From assembly GCA_951406725.2 (NCBI GenBank), contig OX597824.1, forward strand, positions 44,640,001-44,704,000: a DNA stretch of 64,000 nt, read 5' to 3'. Numbering within the stretch: position 1 is the first letter of the stretch; each line of letters opens with the position of its first letter. Both the position numbers and the translations under genes were made by a program. Positions 13,857 through 25,739 of the stretch are shown here, piece by piece. This DNA comes from Octopus vulgaris. Lineage: Eukaryota. The notes under the pieces are model-generated. The model was not told where the DNA came from, did not search any database, and saw only the letters and a program-made list of their open reading frames with translations.

Positions 13857-14204
13857 GTAAGCCGACTGAAAAGATTTGCTTGCTTTTTCATTTTATCTTT
13901 TACAGCATCACAAGAAGTTGGTATTACTTTTGTAGTGTAGTGGTGTTGTGGTGCTGGTTCTACAACTGGTACTAGTTCTATACAGTAAAGATATATTACT
14001 GCCAACTCTTATGTTATAGTAGCAATAAACCAGTGGCAGATTTGCTGTTATCTGAAGCTACAAAAAACTAGTACTCTAAATATCAGATTTCTCAACCAGA
14101 AAGACTGACTGATTTTTAAATGGATAACTACTTGAGAAAGCAATTTAGCTGCTAGCTCTGTTCTCTTTAACCTAGTGCCAAGTGAAGATGACATGGTGAA
14201 ATTT

Positions 14205-14900
14205 ATATAATATCTTTGTTTGTCTGTCTGTCTGTTCCTTATGCATTCTCAAATGGCTCAACCAAATCAAATCAAATTTTACAAGGTAATAGTATTACAC
14301 CCCAGGAGTATCAACATGTAATGCTTTTTTCATTTTGATTAAAACAATATAACATTTTATAGAGATAATCTTTCTATAGTCAACTATACTACATGACATT
14401 TTATACCATGATGACAAAAACATCACATTTTTTATATGAGAGTGTATGTGTATGAGTGTGTCTGTGAGTGTGTGTGTCTTTCCGCATTAGATATGTTATT
14501 AAACACACACACACACATCTATGCATACATATAGATATGTGACAACTGACATGCTTGAATGTATGTCTGTGTGTGTCTCTAAAATTCTTTGTCTCTCTGT
14601 CTGTTGCCTATGCATTCTCAAATGACTTGACCAAATCAAATCAAATTTTACAAGGTAATAGTATCAAAACACCCACAAATGTCAACATGTAATTTTGTTT
14701 TGGATTTCAATTAAAACAATACAACATTTTATAATCTTTCTATAGTCAACTATAGTACAGGACATATTATACCATGACGACAATGACATCATATTTTGTA
14801 TATGTATGTTTCTGTGTTAGGTACCTTTTTAAACACACACATCTACACATACATATGCATATGTGACGATTGGCATGCATGAGTGTTTGTCTGTGTGTCT
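14205..14900. repeat. Tandem duplication of a ~370-bp unit (possibly a Helitron/DINE-like non-autonomous element)
   Basis: TTTGTCT(G/C)TCTGTCTGTT..TATGCATTCTCAAATG..ACCAAATCAAATCAAATTTTACAAGGTAATAGTAT occurs at ~14219 and ~14589, and similarity continues through both units. Confidence 0.75.
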
Positions 14901-14903
14901 TTC

Positions 14904-15683
14904 TTCATCATTATCATCACCATCATCGTTTAACATCTGCTTTCCATGCTGGCATGGGTTGGACAATTTGACTGAAGGCTGGCAAGCCAGAAGGCTGCAC
15001 TAGGCTCCAATCTGATCTGGCAAAGTTTCTACAGCTGGATGCCCTTCCTAATGCCAGCCAGAGTGTAGTGGGTGCTTTGTATGTGCCACTGGCACAAGGG
15101 CCAGTTAGGTGGTACTGGCATTGATCATGCTTGAATGGTGCTTTTTATGTTCCACTGGCATGGAAGCCAGTCGGGTGGCACTGGCATTGACCACATTCAA
15201 ATGGTGCCTTTTACATGCCACTGGCATGGGTGACAATCAGGCGGTACTGTAATCGGCCACGACAACAACTTCACTTGCCTCAACAGGTCTTTGCAAGTGC
15301 AGTTTCTTGCCCAATGATTGAAGGGCACTCTTAAATGGCTTGGTTATGCTGCACTGGCATAGGCCACGGTTACGGTCTCACTTGGCTTGCCAGGTCTTCT
15401 CAAGCACAGCACATCTCGGTCATCTGTCATTGCCCCGGTGAGGCCCAACATTCAAAGGTCGTACCTCACTACCCCATCCCAAGTCTTCCCAGTCCACCTC
15501 TTCCACAGGTTCCCCCTACTACCAGGGTATAACACTTTTTCACACAGCTGTCCCTATCCACAAACAACACATGACTACATCAACGCAGTTGTCTCTCCTG
15601 CACACCACATCTGATGCTTCCCATGTCCAACCCACCTCTCAGGGTGCCCACACTCTGTCGTGCATGCACACCGACACCACACA
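14904..15683 (-). mobile_element. RTE LINE 3' fragment (RT C-terminus and 3' UTR)
   Basis: Minus strand encodes MCGVGVHARQSVGTLRGGLDMGSIRCGVQERQLR, homologous to ORF 63028-63411. (CAT)n tail at 14904. Confidence 0.85.
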
Positions 15684-16840
15684 TTTCTGACCAAAACCAT
15701 TTGGCATCCTTTTTTAATGGCTCGTTTAGTAGATCCCTTATGTTGTGTATGTTCGGGATATATACTTGATAGCAGTTTACCAGGCATAAAAATGCTTGTA
15801 CCAATTTGATGTTCTGGCCTTTGTCCCCTTTCATCAGTTACTTGACCTAAATATTTGATTTTTTCACCAAAAATTCATACTTTTCCTCTGTTAGTCTAAA
15901 TCCATATTCATTTATTTTTCCGAATGCTTTTTTGATATGTTCGAAGTGTTGTTCCACTGACTTGCTCTTTATCAAAATATCATCGAGATAAGTAACAGTG
16001 AAGTCACAATCATTTAATATTGTATCCGTCACTTATTGGAATATGGCAGGTGCCACTTTTACTCCAAAAGGAAGCCACATGAATTTATACAATCCATAGA
16101 TAGTCCAACCCATGCTAGCATGGAAAACGGACGCTAAACGATGATGATGATGATGGTGTGTGTTGATTGTTAAAACATGTGCACAATCTTCCTCTACCTG
16201 TATTTGTAGATACGCCTCCAAGAGGTCTAACTTTGAGAATATTTTTCCTCCATTCAGTTTTGAGGACACTTCTGGGCTTGGTAATGGATAATTGTGTTGA
16301 ACTAAACAGTCATTTAATCCAGTTGAAAAGTCCGCACACACTCTTAGTTTATTATTTCTGCATCCTTTTTAGCAGTAAGTCCCTGAGCAAAAATCAGGTA
16401 TTTGAACAAGTCTGGAGTTAGTTTATCCAGTTTAAATTTCTTGCACTCTCTGTTCACTCTACATGCATACATGGTAAAGTCTTTGTTATCGTTTTTCTCT
16501 GTGTTCAAACACTTCCAACATGTGTTAAATAAGGATGTGTTTTCACTGAACATCTTACATAAAATGTCAATTGTGTTCGTGAAATTTATGTCAGAAACTA
16601 TTTTTAAGCAATATAAAATTATGGTATTTCTCATATTGTCATCGCCAGTTTCCTCAAAATTAGACATGTTTTCATTTCATCCATCCAGACTTGGCATTCT
16701 TTTTCAAAAATGTGTTCAAATTTTCGGTAATATACCACAAAGGTGACTCTTTCTTCTGGGTCATATTTAAATTCATTTATTGATTTTGCTATGTGGTCTG
16801 GAGAAAAGGTATTTTCCGGTTTTGTTACCAACTTCATTAG
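15684..16840 (-). mobile_element. Degenerate Ty3/Gypsy LTR retrotransposon fragment (gag and RT; K02A2.6-like)
   Basis: RT motifs CADFSTGLN, YPLPSPE, FSKLDLLEAYLQI, GLYKFMWLPFGVKVAPAIFQ, TYLDDILI and LRDLLNEPLKKDAKWFWS. Gag-like EFKYDPEERVTF. The protease region is missing. Confidence 0.9.
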
Positions 16841-16891
16841 TTGTACATTATTTACATTTGATGGATATTTGTTCTGATCTTGTTTCTTGTT

Positions 16892-16937
16892 AACACAATG
16901 TTTCGGCTGATATACCCTCCAGCCTTCATCAGGTGTC
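16892..16937 (-). ncRNA. Minimal type I hammerhead ribozyme motif (probably mutated)
   Basis: GACAC-CUGAUGA-A-GGCUG(loop)CAGCC-GAAAC-AUU-GUGUU. Stem I GACAC/GUGUU and stem II GGCUG/CAGCC. Stem III G>A change relative to ACGU. Confidence 0.7.
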
Positions 16938-17091
16938 TTGGGGAAATTTTTAACCTGGGTTCTCATTCCTAAGGTATTTTTCGATGTTGTTGTTGCTGTT
17001 GTTGTTATTATTCAGGTCACTGCCTGGAATCGAACTCAGAATCTTGGGGTTAGTAGCCTGCACTCTTAACCACTACGCCATATGTCCCCAA

Positions 17092-17137
17092 GATACCTGA
17101 TGAAGGCTGGAGGTTATATCAGCCAAAACGTTATGTT
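17092..17137 (+). ncRNA. Minimal type I hammerhead ribozyme motif (degenerate inverted copy)
   Basis: GAUAC-CUGAUGA-A-GGCUG(loop)CAGCC-AAAAC-GUU-AUGUU. G12>A. Confidence 0.6.
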
Positions 17138-17364
17138 AACAACAAATAAGATGAGGACAGGTACCCATCAAATGTAAATAATATGCATAATTCCTCATCT
17201 CTTAAATATAGAACTGTTTATTGTTGTTGTTGTTTTTGCAACTCAACTAGACCCTCCAAGTTTTCCATAATTTTACAGATTTTTTGTAAAATATATACAA
17301 CAAAAATGTTTGTTAATCCTCTGTCAAGTTTTTAATTGAAAATGTTTTCAACGTTGTCTTACTC

Positions 17365-17768
17365 TACTCTTTTACTTGTTTCAGTCATTTGACTGTGGCC
17401 ATGCTGGAGCACCACCTTTTTAGTCAAGCAAATTGACTCCAGGACTTATTCTTTGTAAGCCTAGTACTTATTCTATCGGTCTCTTTTGCCGAACCGCTAA
17501 GTTACTGGGACGTAAACACACCAGCATCGGTTGTCAAGCGATGTTGGGGGGACAAACACAGACACACAAACATATACACATACATATATATATATACATA
17601 TATACGATGGGCTTCTTTCAGTTTCCGTCTACCAAATCCACTCACAAGGCTTTGGTCGGCCCGATGCTATAGTAGAAGACACTTGCCCAAGGTGCCACAC
17701 AGTGGAACTGAACCCGGAACCATGTGGTTCGTAAACAAGCTACTTACCACACAGCTACTCCTACACCT
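17365..17768 (-). mobile_element. tRNA-derived SINE (abundant family), full length
   Basis: Reverse complement of the family at 54054-54460: tRNA-like head, internal (TA/TG)n, 3' end CAAATGACTGAAACAAGTAAAAGAGT. Confidence 0.85.
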
Positions 17769-18099
17769 AAGTCTTTGTGAATTGTTTACATCCTTGTTGC
17801 CACTGTTATGATGTGTGGATCCTCTTGTATGTTATTGTCGGCACTATAATATTCTTTTCGCCACTATTATGTTGTGGCAGTATTCCACATCTTATTATCT
17901 TTGACCCGTCTATCATGCTATCACTGATAGCTCTGCAAGACAATGACTTTGAAACATCTACCTTAACGGTAACTGGAACTTGACTCCAACTGAGAACTCA
18001 TACAACAACTTTACTACAACTGACTGTCTGACTTTATAGTGGCTGCTTCATACCACTTTGTCACATGGGAAGGGGAATACCATTTTCACTACAACAATT

Positions 18100-18470
18100 A
18101 TGATAATCCTTTCTTGTATATGCACAAGGCCTGAAATTTGAGGGGAGGGGTGTAGTTGATTACTTCAATCCCAGTGCTTGACTGGTACTTATTTTAGTGA
18201 CCCCAAAAGGATAAAAATCAAAGTTAACCATTTCAGAATTTGTACTATAATAATAATAAATGGTTTCAAATTTTGGTACAAGGCCAGTAATTTCGTAGGA
18301 GGAGTAAATCAGTTACATTGACCCCAATGTCCAATTGGTACCTATTTTATTGATCCTGAAAGAATGAAAGGCGAAGTCGACCTCGCAGAATTTGAACTCA
18401 GGATATAAAGACAGACAAAATGCTTGGCAGCATTTTGTCCAGTTCAGTAACGGTTCTGGCCACTTGCTAC
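18100..18470 (-). mobile_element. Two tandem Nin-domain-like SINE remnants
   Basis: GGTAC(C/T)TATTTTA..GA(C/T)CC..AAAGGATGAAAGGC.AAGT.GACCTC..GAATTTGAACTC motif. Further copies near 6790-6960, 21040-21240 and 31720-31925. Confidence 0.6.
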
Positions 18471-18511
18471 CTTAATAGTAACAATATTGCATTTTACCCT
18501 ACATTTTATAG

Positions 18512-18618
18512 GTCAGCTGGACACACTACAGGAGAGATTCCCCCACAGTTTAGATTCTGATGTGCTTCTTGCTAATTGCTCTTGGGAATACATTGTTTTG
18601 TGGAACAAAGATTTAGAG
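18512..18618 (+). CDS. RAB3GAP2: RAB3GAP2 exon
   Basis: tatag|...|gtgagt. [36 protein letters not shown] (FP.SL..DVL...C.WEY.V.WNKD motif). Confidence 0.95.
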
Positions 18619-19272
18619 GTGAGTCATTTGGTTCAGTCATTTTAACTCTTAGCATCTTTAATTTTCATATTTGTATAGTTCCTGTCTTAGATTTTTATCT
18701 ATGTAAATATGTATACCATGACATCTCATTTCCACCATCAGTTTCTCACTTTCCAACTCAGGTAGCTATGTATCTCCTCCACAAAAAGACACCTGTTCTC
18801 CTATCATACTTTAGCCTCTCAGCACTTGGCACATAGCTACCATCCTCTAATTTGCACCCACTCAGTCATGAGGTCTTTTCTTGCAAGTTACTTGGTTATC
18901 TCACCAGTGTCAGTTTCATTAGCTTGCAGTGCTAAGCTCAAATCCTATGAGTGAAACCTGCAGTTGACTGGTGCATTATCCAGAGAAATATATATCTGTC
19001 TCAGTCATTTGATACTGTGAAAAACTAAGACAAACACCAGTATACAATACCTTCTGGTAAAAAAATATACAAAAGGACTTACAATTCAGCGGTTTCATGA
19101 TAAATGTCTAAATTTTCAAGTCTCATTCTTATTAACATGAATAAAATTGGATGGAAACAAAATGAAAACAAAGTGTTGGTAATAAAGTTTGAAAAAACAT
19201 TATTACCATAGAAAATGTTAGCTACATAAGGCATGTTTTTAGCTGATTTATTAATTTTGCTTTCTTTTCTAG

Positions 19273-19339
19273 CAATACCATTATCTCCAGACTTCTCTGA
19301 ATTACCTGAATACCATACAAAATGCTGTCCTTCGACAAG
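19273..19339 (+). CDS. RAB3GAP2: RAB3GAP2 exon
   Basis: ttctag|...|gttagt. QYHYLQTSLNYLNTIQNAVLRQG. Restores phase between the flanking exons. Confidence 0.85.
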
Positions 19340-19574
19340 GTTAGTCTTGAAATATTTATCAAAAACAGTGTCTCAAACTCTTTTCCTTCAAAATATTTTC
19401 CTCTATCATCTTTACAATGTCCTTAGCACTGTTTTTTTATTTTCAGTCCTAAACATATAAGAGAGTGAGACGAAACAGTTGTTACTGACAATACATCTTT
19501 TCTTTATAAAAATATATACCATTATCATTTTCATACACAAATGGAAAAGGATATGGCATCAACAGTATAATGAT

Positions 19575-19947
19575 GAATTCATAGAATTGAAATTCGTAGA
19601 ATCAAATCGAAATCGTGCTACCTGACTAGCACTCGTGTTGGTGGCACGTAATAGGCACCATTCAAGCATGGGTTGATGCTAGTGCTGCCTGACTGGCTCC
19701 CCATGCCGGTCGCACGTAAAAAGTACCATGCAAACGTGGTCGATGCCAGTGCCCCCTGACTAGCTCCTGTGCCGGTGGCACATAAAAGGCACCTACTACA
19801 CTCTCGGAGTGGTCAGTGTTAGGAAGGGCATTCAGCTGTAGAAACCTTGTCAGATCAGATTGGATCCTGGTGCACCCTACTTACTTGCCACTCCATGTCC
19901 AAACCATGCCAGCATGGAAAGCAGATGTTAAACGATGATGATGATGA
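19575..19947 (+). mobile_element. RTE LINE 3' UTR fragment
   Basis: Three GTGCCGGTGGCAC(G/A)TAAAA(A/G)GCACC-type units and the tail GCATGGAAAGCAGATGTTAAACGATGATGATG. Confidence 0.8.
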
Positions 19948-20584
19948 AAGAGAACCTATATTTGGTTGCTTGATCAAATATCCCTAAAAGCATGTTCTAC
20001 TATCTTAAGAAGAAAGAGAGGAAGAAATTAAACAATATAGTCCTAGATATAAAAATACATGGAATGATCTCAGGGCTGAAAGGCTTTTGAGCATATGTCT
20101 ACTTGATCAGGTCTGGCCTGGGACTAATCAACAACAATCAATTTATTGATAGTTGATAATAAAATCAATGCCTTGTAGCAATAACAGAAAAACTATACAA
20201 TCTTTAACTGGTGGAAACTCTAGTTTTGCAAGATTATTATAGGACACTCATCAAAGCAATTCAGTTCCATGACAGCATGTGCTGTCATTTTGAAAAAATC
20301 TTCTGACTTCTCAGTACTCTGGAAATTATTCCTGCATAAAATTGGAAGTTATCATATAAAAATGTATTATATATGTCATATTAATTATGATAATGATTTC
20401 TGACATTGGCACAAGCCTAAATTGGTAAGGAGAGGAGCACAGTTAGTTGAATTGACCTCTCTACATGGTACTTATTTTATTTTGCCTTACCTATATTTTT
20501 ACAAGAACTGTGAAATGACAGAACTGTCAAAAATTTAGTTCCATTTCCTACTGTTTTTACCATTTCACAATAATAATAATGGAA

Positions 20585-20955
20585 AGGGAAAAGGTATGAC
20601 CATAAAACAGAACACATCCTTGAAAATGACCATGTAGGTACTATGGGATATGAAACTTCAAATGGATAAGCAAAAGAATGTATTGATAAGAGAAAAGAAT
20701 GTATTGTTTCATGTTTGTTTGATAAATGAGTGGAACAAAAAGAATGTGAGTCAATAGAGAAATACCAGGACCTAAAATATTAATTTAAAGAATTGGAAAT
20801 TGTAAAGATATCATTATCCAATTAAACAATTACAAGAAATTTGAATGATTGACTAAAGATATTGAATGTCAAGATGAATTTCCTGACTCTACAGAAAGCC
20901 TATTTGCTTGACATGCCAAAAACTCTAAGAAAGGTGCTTGAAACCAAAGGTTGTT
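20585..20955 (+). mobile_element. Degenerate R4/Dong-like non-LTR retrotransposon 3' end (REL endonuclease region)
   Basis: Broken translation YDHKTEHILENDHV..LWD, EKYQDLK, LQKAYLL..TLRKVLET, followed by an (AAC/AAT)n tail. Confidence 0.6.
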
Positions 20956-21552
20956 GATGCTACTTGATATCTAGTAATCTAATACTGGCAGAAAAACAAA
21001 ATGCTGAGTGAACAACAACAGCAATAACAACAATTATAATAATGGGTTCTGATTTAAGCACAAGGCCAGCAATTTTGAAAGGAGTTGAGTAGTCAATGCC
21101 ATCAACATCCCCAGTACTTCACTGATTACTTTATTTTATTGACCCTAAACAAAGGCAAGTTGACCTCAGCAGGATTTGAACTCAAAACATAATGGGCCAG
21201 AACAAATATCTCAAGGTCTAGCAGTTCTGTCCAGTTACCACTTCTATATAATTAAACTGATAATAGTAATGTTTTCCTTCATTTGTCACAAAGGCAAGGG
21301 AACAGCAGATATTAATAAAAAAAGAAACAGAAATGCAACCCAAATCTAAAGTCCACTTAGCTGCATCAGGTTAGTAACTAAATACAACAATGGGGGTTTA
21401 GGAAAAAGCTGTTCTAACATGCACACACGCACGCACGCACACACACACACACACACACACAAAATATTTAATCTAAATCATAGGACATATGTTTTTAGAC
21501 TCTATATATTACCCAGCTACTAATATCAGTATTTGTGTGTTACCATTTCTAG

Positions 21553-21623
21553 GTCTAGGAACCATGCTGTGGAATATGTTTGCTGTAAAACGTTTATCAG
21601 CTGCTGCTAATCTCATGGAAAAG
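21553..21623 (+). CDS. RAB3GAP2: RAB3GAP2 exon
   Basis: ttctag|...|gtaac. GLGTMLWNMFAVKRLSAAANLMEK. Confidence 0.93.
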
Positions 21624-22721
21624 GTAACATGAAATTTCATTTTGAATTTCTTCTCTTTATCATTCTGTCAGTTTAAAAATCTTTATAACATAAAATTGAA
21701 TTAAGCATGTTTTTTTAACATTTAAGATGTGGGATATACTTGTGGTGACATTCTAGTAAAGTTAAAGGTATAGTTTGTGAACACAAGAAGTTGGTACCAT
21801 ATTGTCTTCAAGCCAAGTGTTTGATTTTCACAAAGGCTGACTGTGTCTTTCATTGCTGTTGAGTCAGTAAATTAATTCAATATTTAGTCAAAAGAAATCA
21901 ATATCATTATGCTTCTGGAAGGAATCAAATCAATTATTACTGAAAGAGGCCTGAATAAATTAAGTGTTGGTGGTAGTAACTCTATTCTGAACTATTAACT
22001 ATTGTAATATCTCTCCAGGTCCACACTGATTACTCCCACCCACTCCTGTATAATGTATAATGTGAGCAGCCATGTACTCCTCTACAAGAAATGTGTTTCA
22101 GCCCTTTTTTCATACTGTAACCTCTCTTTCTACTACAGTGTCACTCACTTGAAGGAAATCTTAGTCTTGCAAGTTACATGGTGACCACACAAGTGTAGTG
22201 GCACAAAAAGGCACCCAGTAACCATGCCTGAGCAGACAGAATATGATGTAGTTTTCCAACCTGTTGAAGCCTATTAAACAGTCCATCACATGCCAGCATG
22301 GAAGATGAGCATTAATAGATGATGAGGAGGATAATGGTGTAACTCTCACTTACAGATGTTTCCTTCTAGCAGTAAAATCCCTTTGTTCAAGCACAAACTA
22401 TCTCACCCATGCTAGCATGGAAATATGAATGTGAAACTATTTCAAAACCGAACATGTTGCATATGTACCAAAATTTTCGTTTTGCTGCAGATGTTATGCT
22501 ACATCTTTAAGATATTCTTCTTTTTTATCAGTTTACCTTGCTGGAATATTATGAGTGTTTTACTTAGAGATATATTGGAATAACAAAAATAGAATAAATA
22601 TTTTGTTAAACATAAGTAACAGAAATAAACTTCTGTAAAAAAATGTAATGTTGTAATGATGTTAATTTTTACAATTTATTCCATTAGATTTGATTTTAAT
22701 TTCTCTTTTTATTAATTATAG

Positions 22722-22757
22722 GTTGGAAAACATCCAAAGGAAAGACTGTGTCGTAAA
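22722..22757 (+). CDS. RAB3GAP2: RAB3GAP2 36-nt exon
   Basis: tatag|...|gtaagt. VGKHPKERLCRK (VGK.PK.RLCR motif). Confidence 0.92.
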
Positions 22758-23445
22758 GTAAGTGAAACCTTATATTCCTTATTGAAAATGAAATAGTCAC
22801 TGAGTCTTGTTACTCAACAAATTGTGACTGAAACAATGCCCTGAATACAGTCTAACCCTGAGTACACCCTGATCAGATTATCTGTGGCTATATGATCACA
22901 TAAATTGAACATTAGACTGAGATTATAATTAGGAAACTCTCTAATGTGACACAGTTTTGGGTTCTAATCATGCCCTGAATGACTTAAAAATAAAAATAAC
23001 TTATAACCTTTTGTATTATTTGGAGTAACACTGCAGACTTAGTATATATGCACAGAGCAAGTTAGAAAGTAATTAGAGAGAATATATGACTGGAATATTG
23101 AAGAAGTTTGTTAAACACTAGAAAAGTAGGAAAGTTTATGTTGCTGCTGTTGTTTTTTATTAATCCCTATCTGAGAACACTTCAGATGGCAATGCCTTAG
23201 AAACATTTACTTGACTATATTTTGGTCTGTCCTAGAACTACACTTTATATGTCACTATATAATCAGTAGTGAGAGATTTTGTGGATAATTACCTGACCTG
23301 CTAAGGTAGGAATGATCTTTAACCAAGCTTCTGCCTATATGCTAAATTTGCAGTGAAGAAGGTTATGAATATTTGTCTTTAGGATATATTTTCGTTTTAC
23401 TTGAAATTTTTAAAAATTACATATATTTTAATATATCTTTTGCAG

Positions 23446-23520
23446 GAAATTGGAATATCTGATACAATCCTAATTCACTTTGTTGGTCTTGTCAGTCATT
23501 TGCTTGCTATTCTCATGAAG
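23446..23520 (+). CDS. RAB3GAP2: RAB3GAP2 exon
   Basis: ttgcag|...|gtaagg. EIGISDTILIHFVGLVSHLLAILMK. Confidence 0.9.
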
Positions 23521-25274
23521 GTAAGGCTTAATTAAATAATCAACATTATAACAGAATGGCATATTTTGTATGATGAGTCTGAATTTTTACATAAAAATTT
23601 TGAATATGAAAATGCATTTATACATAAAGTATGTATTTCATTCTCCATTAAATTTTGGATTACATGCACATGGAGAGAACATAATTTCCTCCTTGTCAGG
23701 TTTTATTCAACTTGATTACCTTGTAAAGATATATTTATAAATACTATATATTAATTCTTAATGCATTGTGTGTGTGTGTGTGTTACATCAACTACAAAAT
23801 AATATATTATGCATAAATATACACGCATTGGTTGATAATACTAGTTATTTCTTTGTCTTAGCTAAAGAGAAATGTTTGGGGTGGTGGAAGAGAAATCCTA
23901 TAGTAAGATGGGTCATAGAATGAAGATTCCTGCATGTTTTGTGTAAATGTATTATGAATGATACAGTTAATGAATTAAGGTGGTAATAAGTACAAAACAG
24001 AGTAAAAAGGATTCTTTTGAATAGGGTTGAGATACAACTGGCAAACCTAGAAGAATAGTATGTTGTAGTAACAGTAGAAAAACTAATGTAAATATGGAAT
24101 TAAAAGATGGGCATGGTCTGAAGTCTTTCAGTGAATGTGGGTTATCGTTCATGATACAGTAATGACAACTAAAAATAACTAAACATAGAAATTGTAATTT
24201 CTGTTTTCATATAATTATACACTTTTTGGAAATAAACATTTAAATCTTTATTTTCAGTTTTACTTCGTGGGTTTCTATAAAGTGTATCTATGTGTCTTTA
24301 TATGTGAGACAAATAGTGTAAATTGTTTGACTTCAATAGGGGATGTTAATACTGCTTTTTTCTGAAGACTATTATTGGTGTGAAGTGAAACCATTCTAAA
24401 TAAAGAGAGAAGTTCTGATTATGAACCTAAATCATCAAGTTTATTGTAGGGGATCTCATAAGTCATTGGGTCATAAAAGTACTACTTTGAAACATCATCT
24501 TCACATAGGGTATTCAGCACAAGTCAGGCTAGTTTCATCTAATTCTCTACAAGTTATTCTCATTGGAGGGTTTCACTTGAGCACATGCAAATAAAGAAAT
24601 TATCTTTAATTATACAACTCTCTCATAATACTTATTTAAAGATGGATGGATTGTAACATTTGAAAGACAGCTGTCTTAGCTATGGAAGGGGCTCTATACT
24701 GCACCAATGAAAGTATATGAAGCACAGGGCCTCTAGTTTGTAGACCAAGATGCTCTCAAATTTGCCAGTTGCAAAATTTCACACCAATAACTACTCACCT
24801 TTAAAGTATATTATATTATTCTTCATAAAAATTGTCTTCAAGTTCTAAGTCTCCGATATATCATTATCTTACCATAATATAATTTCTAATTCCTTTGCTT
24901 GCATTCTTTTTCTTTTCCATTTCGTTTTGTTTTCTTTTAATTTTTCAGTTCACCAATTCACATGTGAGTACATGTATAGCTATACATATTGCTTGTATAA
25001 AGACAAAGTATTCAAATTCATGTTTTGGTCTCGATCTTCCTCTGGCACTTTTATCTTCTTACATCATTTCTTTTCTTGATATTGTCAATGTACATTTTGT
25101 CACGTTCTTGTTAGATTGACAGTATACAACCATTCTATATATATATCATATGTATAATATGTATAAATATACAATTATATAGAATATGTATATCATATAT
25201 AATATGTATAAATATATAATTATATTTACATATACACATACATACATACATATGTATATATATTATATCTTCTA

Positions 25275-25618
25275 CCGTTCAAGTTAATTCATTGGACTGC
25301 AGCCAATCCCTCAAAGGGATTAGCCTAACAAATTGACCCAAGTACTTCTTTATTTTATGCCTGGCATTTATTTTATCAGTCTCATTTGCCAAACCGTTAA
25401 GTTACAGAGATATAAACAAACCAACACCAGTTGTCAACCAATGGTGGGACACATACACACACACATATATATGACAGGCTTTCAGTTTCTATCTACCAAA
25501 TCTACTCACAAGGCTTTGGTTGACCTAGGGCTATAAAAGAAGACAATTGCTCAAAGTGCCATGCAACAGGACTGAGCCTGGAACCATGTGGCTGTAAAGC
25601 AAACTTCTTATCAGCCAT
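25275..25618 (-). mobile_element. tRNA-derived SINE, degenerate
   Basis: TCTACCAAATCTACTCACAAGGCTTTGGTTGACC core shared with other copies. Confidence 0.75.
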
Positions 25619-25739
25619 AATATTTATATATAATATATAATACATATATATATTGTGTGTGTGTGGTGTATATATATATATATATATAATGTCAGTAGTT
25701 CATAAGTCTGACAAAAAGCACTAAAAAAGTTTTTTGAGC

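Larger units (their letters stand above)
16843..17216. mobile_element. Fold-back element with two inverted hammerhead-ribozyme-bearing arms around a tRNA-derived segment
   Basis: Inverted repeats 16843-16944 and 17085-17187, each with CTGATGA-stem-(G/A)AAAC. The loop has a minus-strand tRNA-like head with A box (TGGCGTAGTGG) and B box (GAGTTCGATTCC). Confidence 0.75.

Noticed and set aside
17015-17084. Functional tRNA gene
   Set aside because: A and B boxes are present but there is no convincing acceptor stem, and it is embedded in a repeat. Treated as a SINE head.
22722-22757. 36-nt exon as an alternatively spliced microexon
   Set aside because: It encodes a conserved RAB3GAP2 motif and has strong splice sites; the sequence gives no evidence of regulation.
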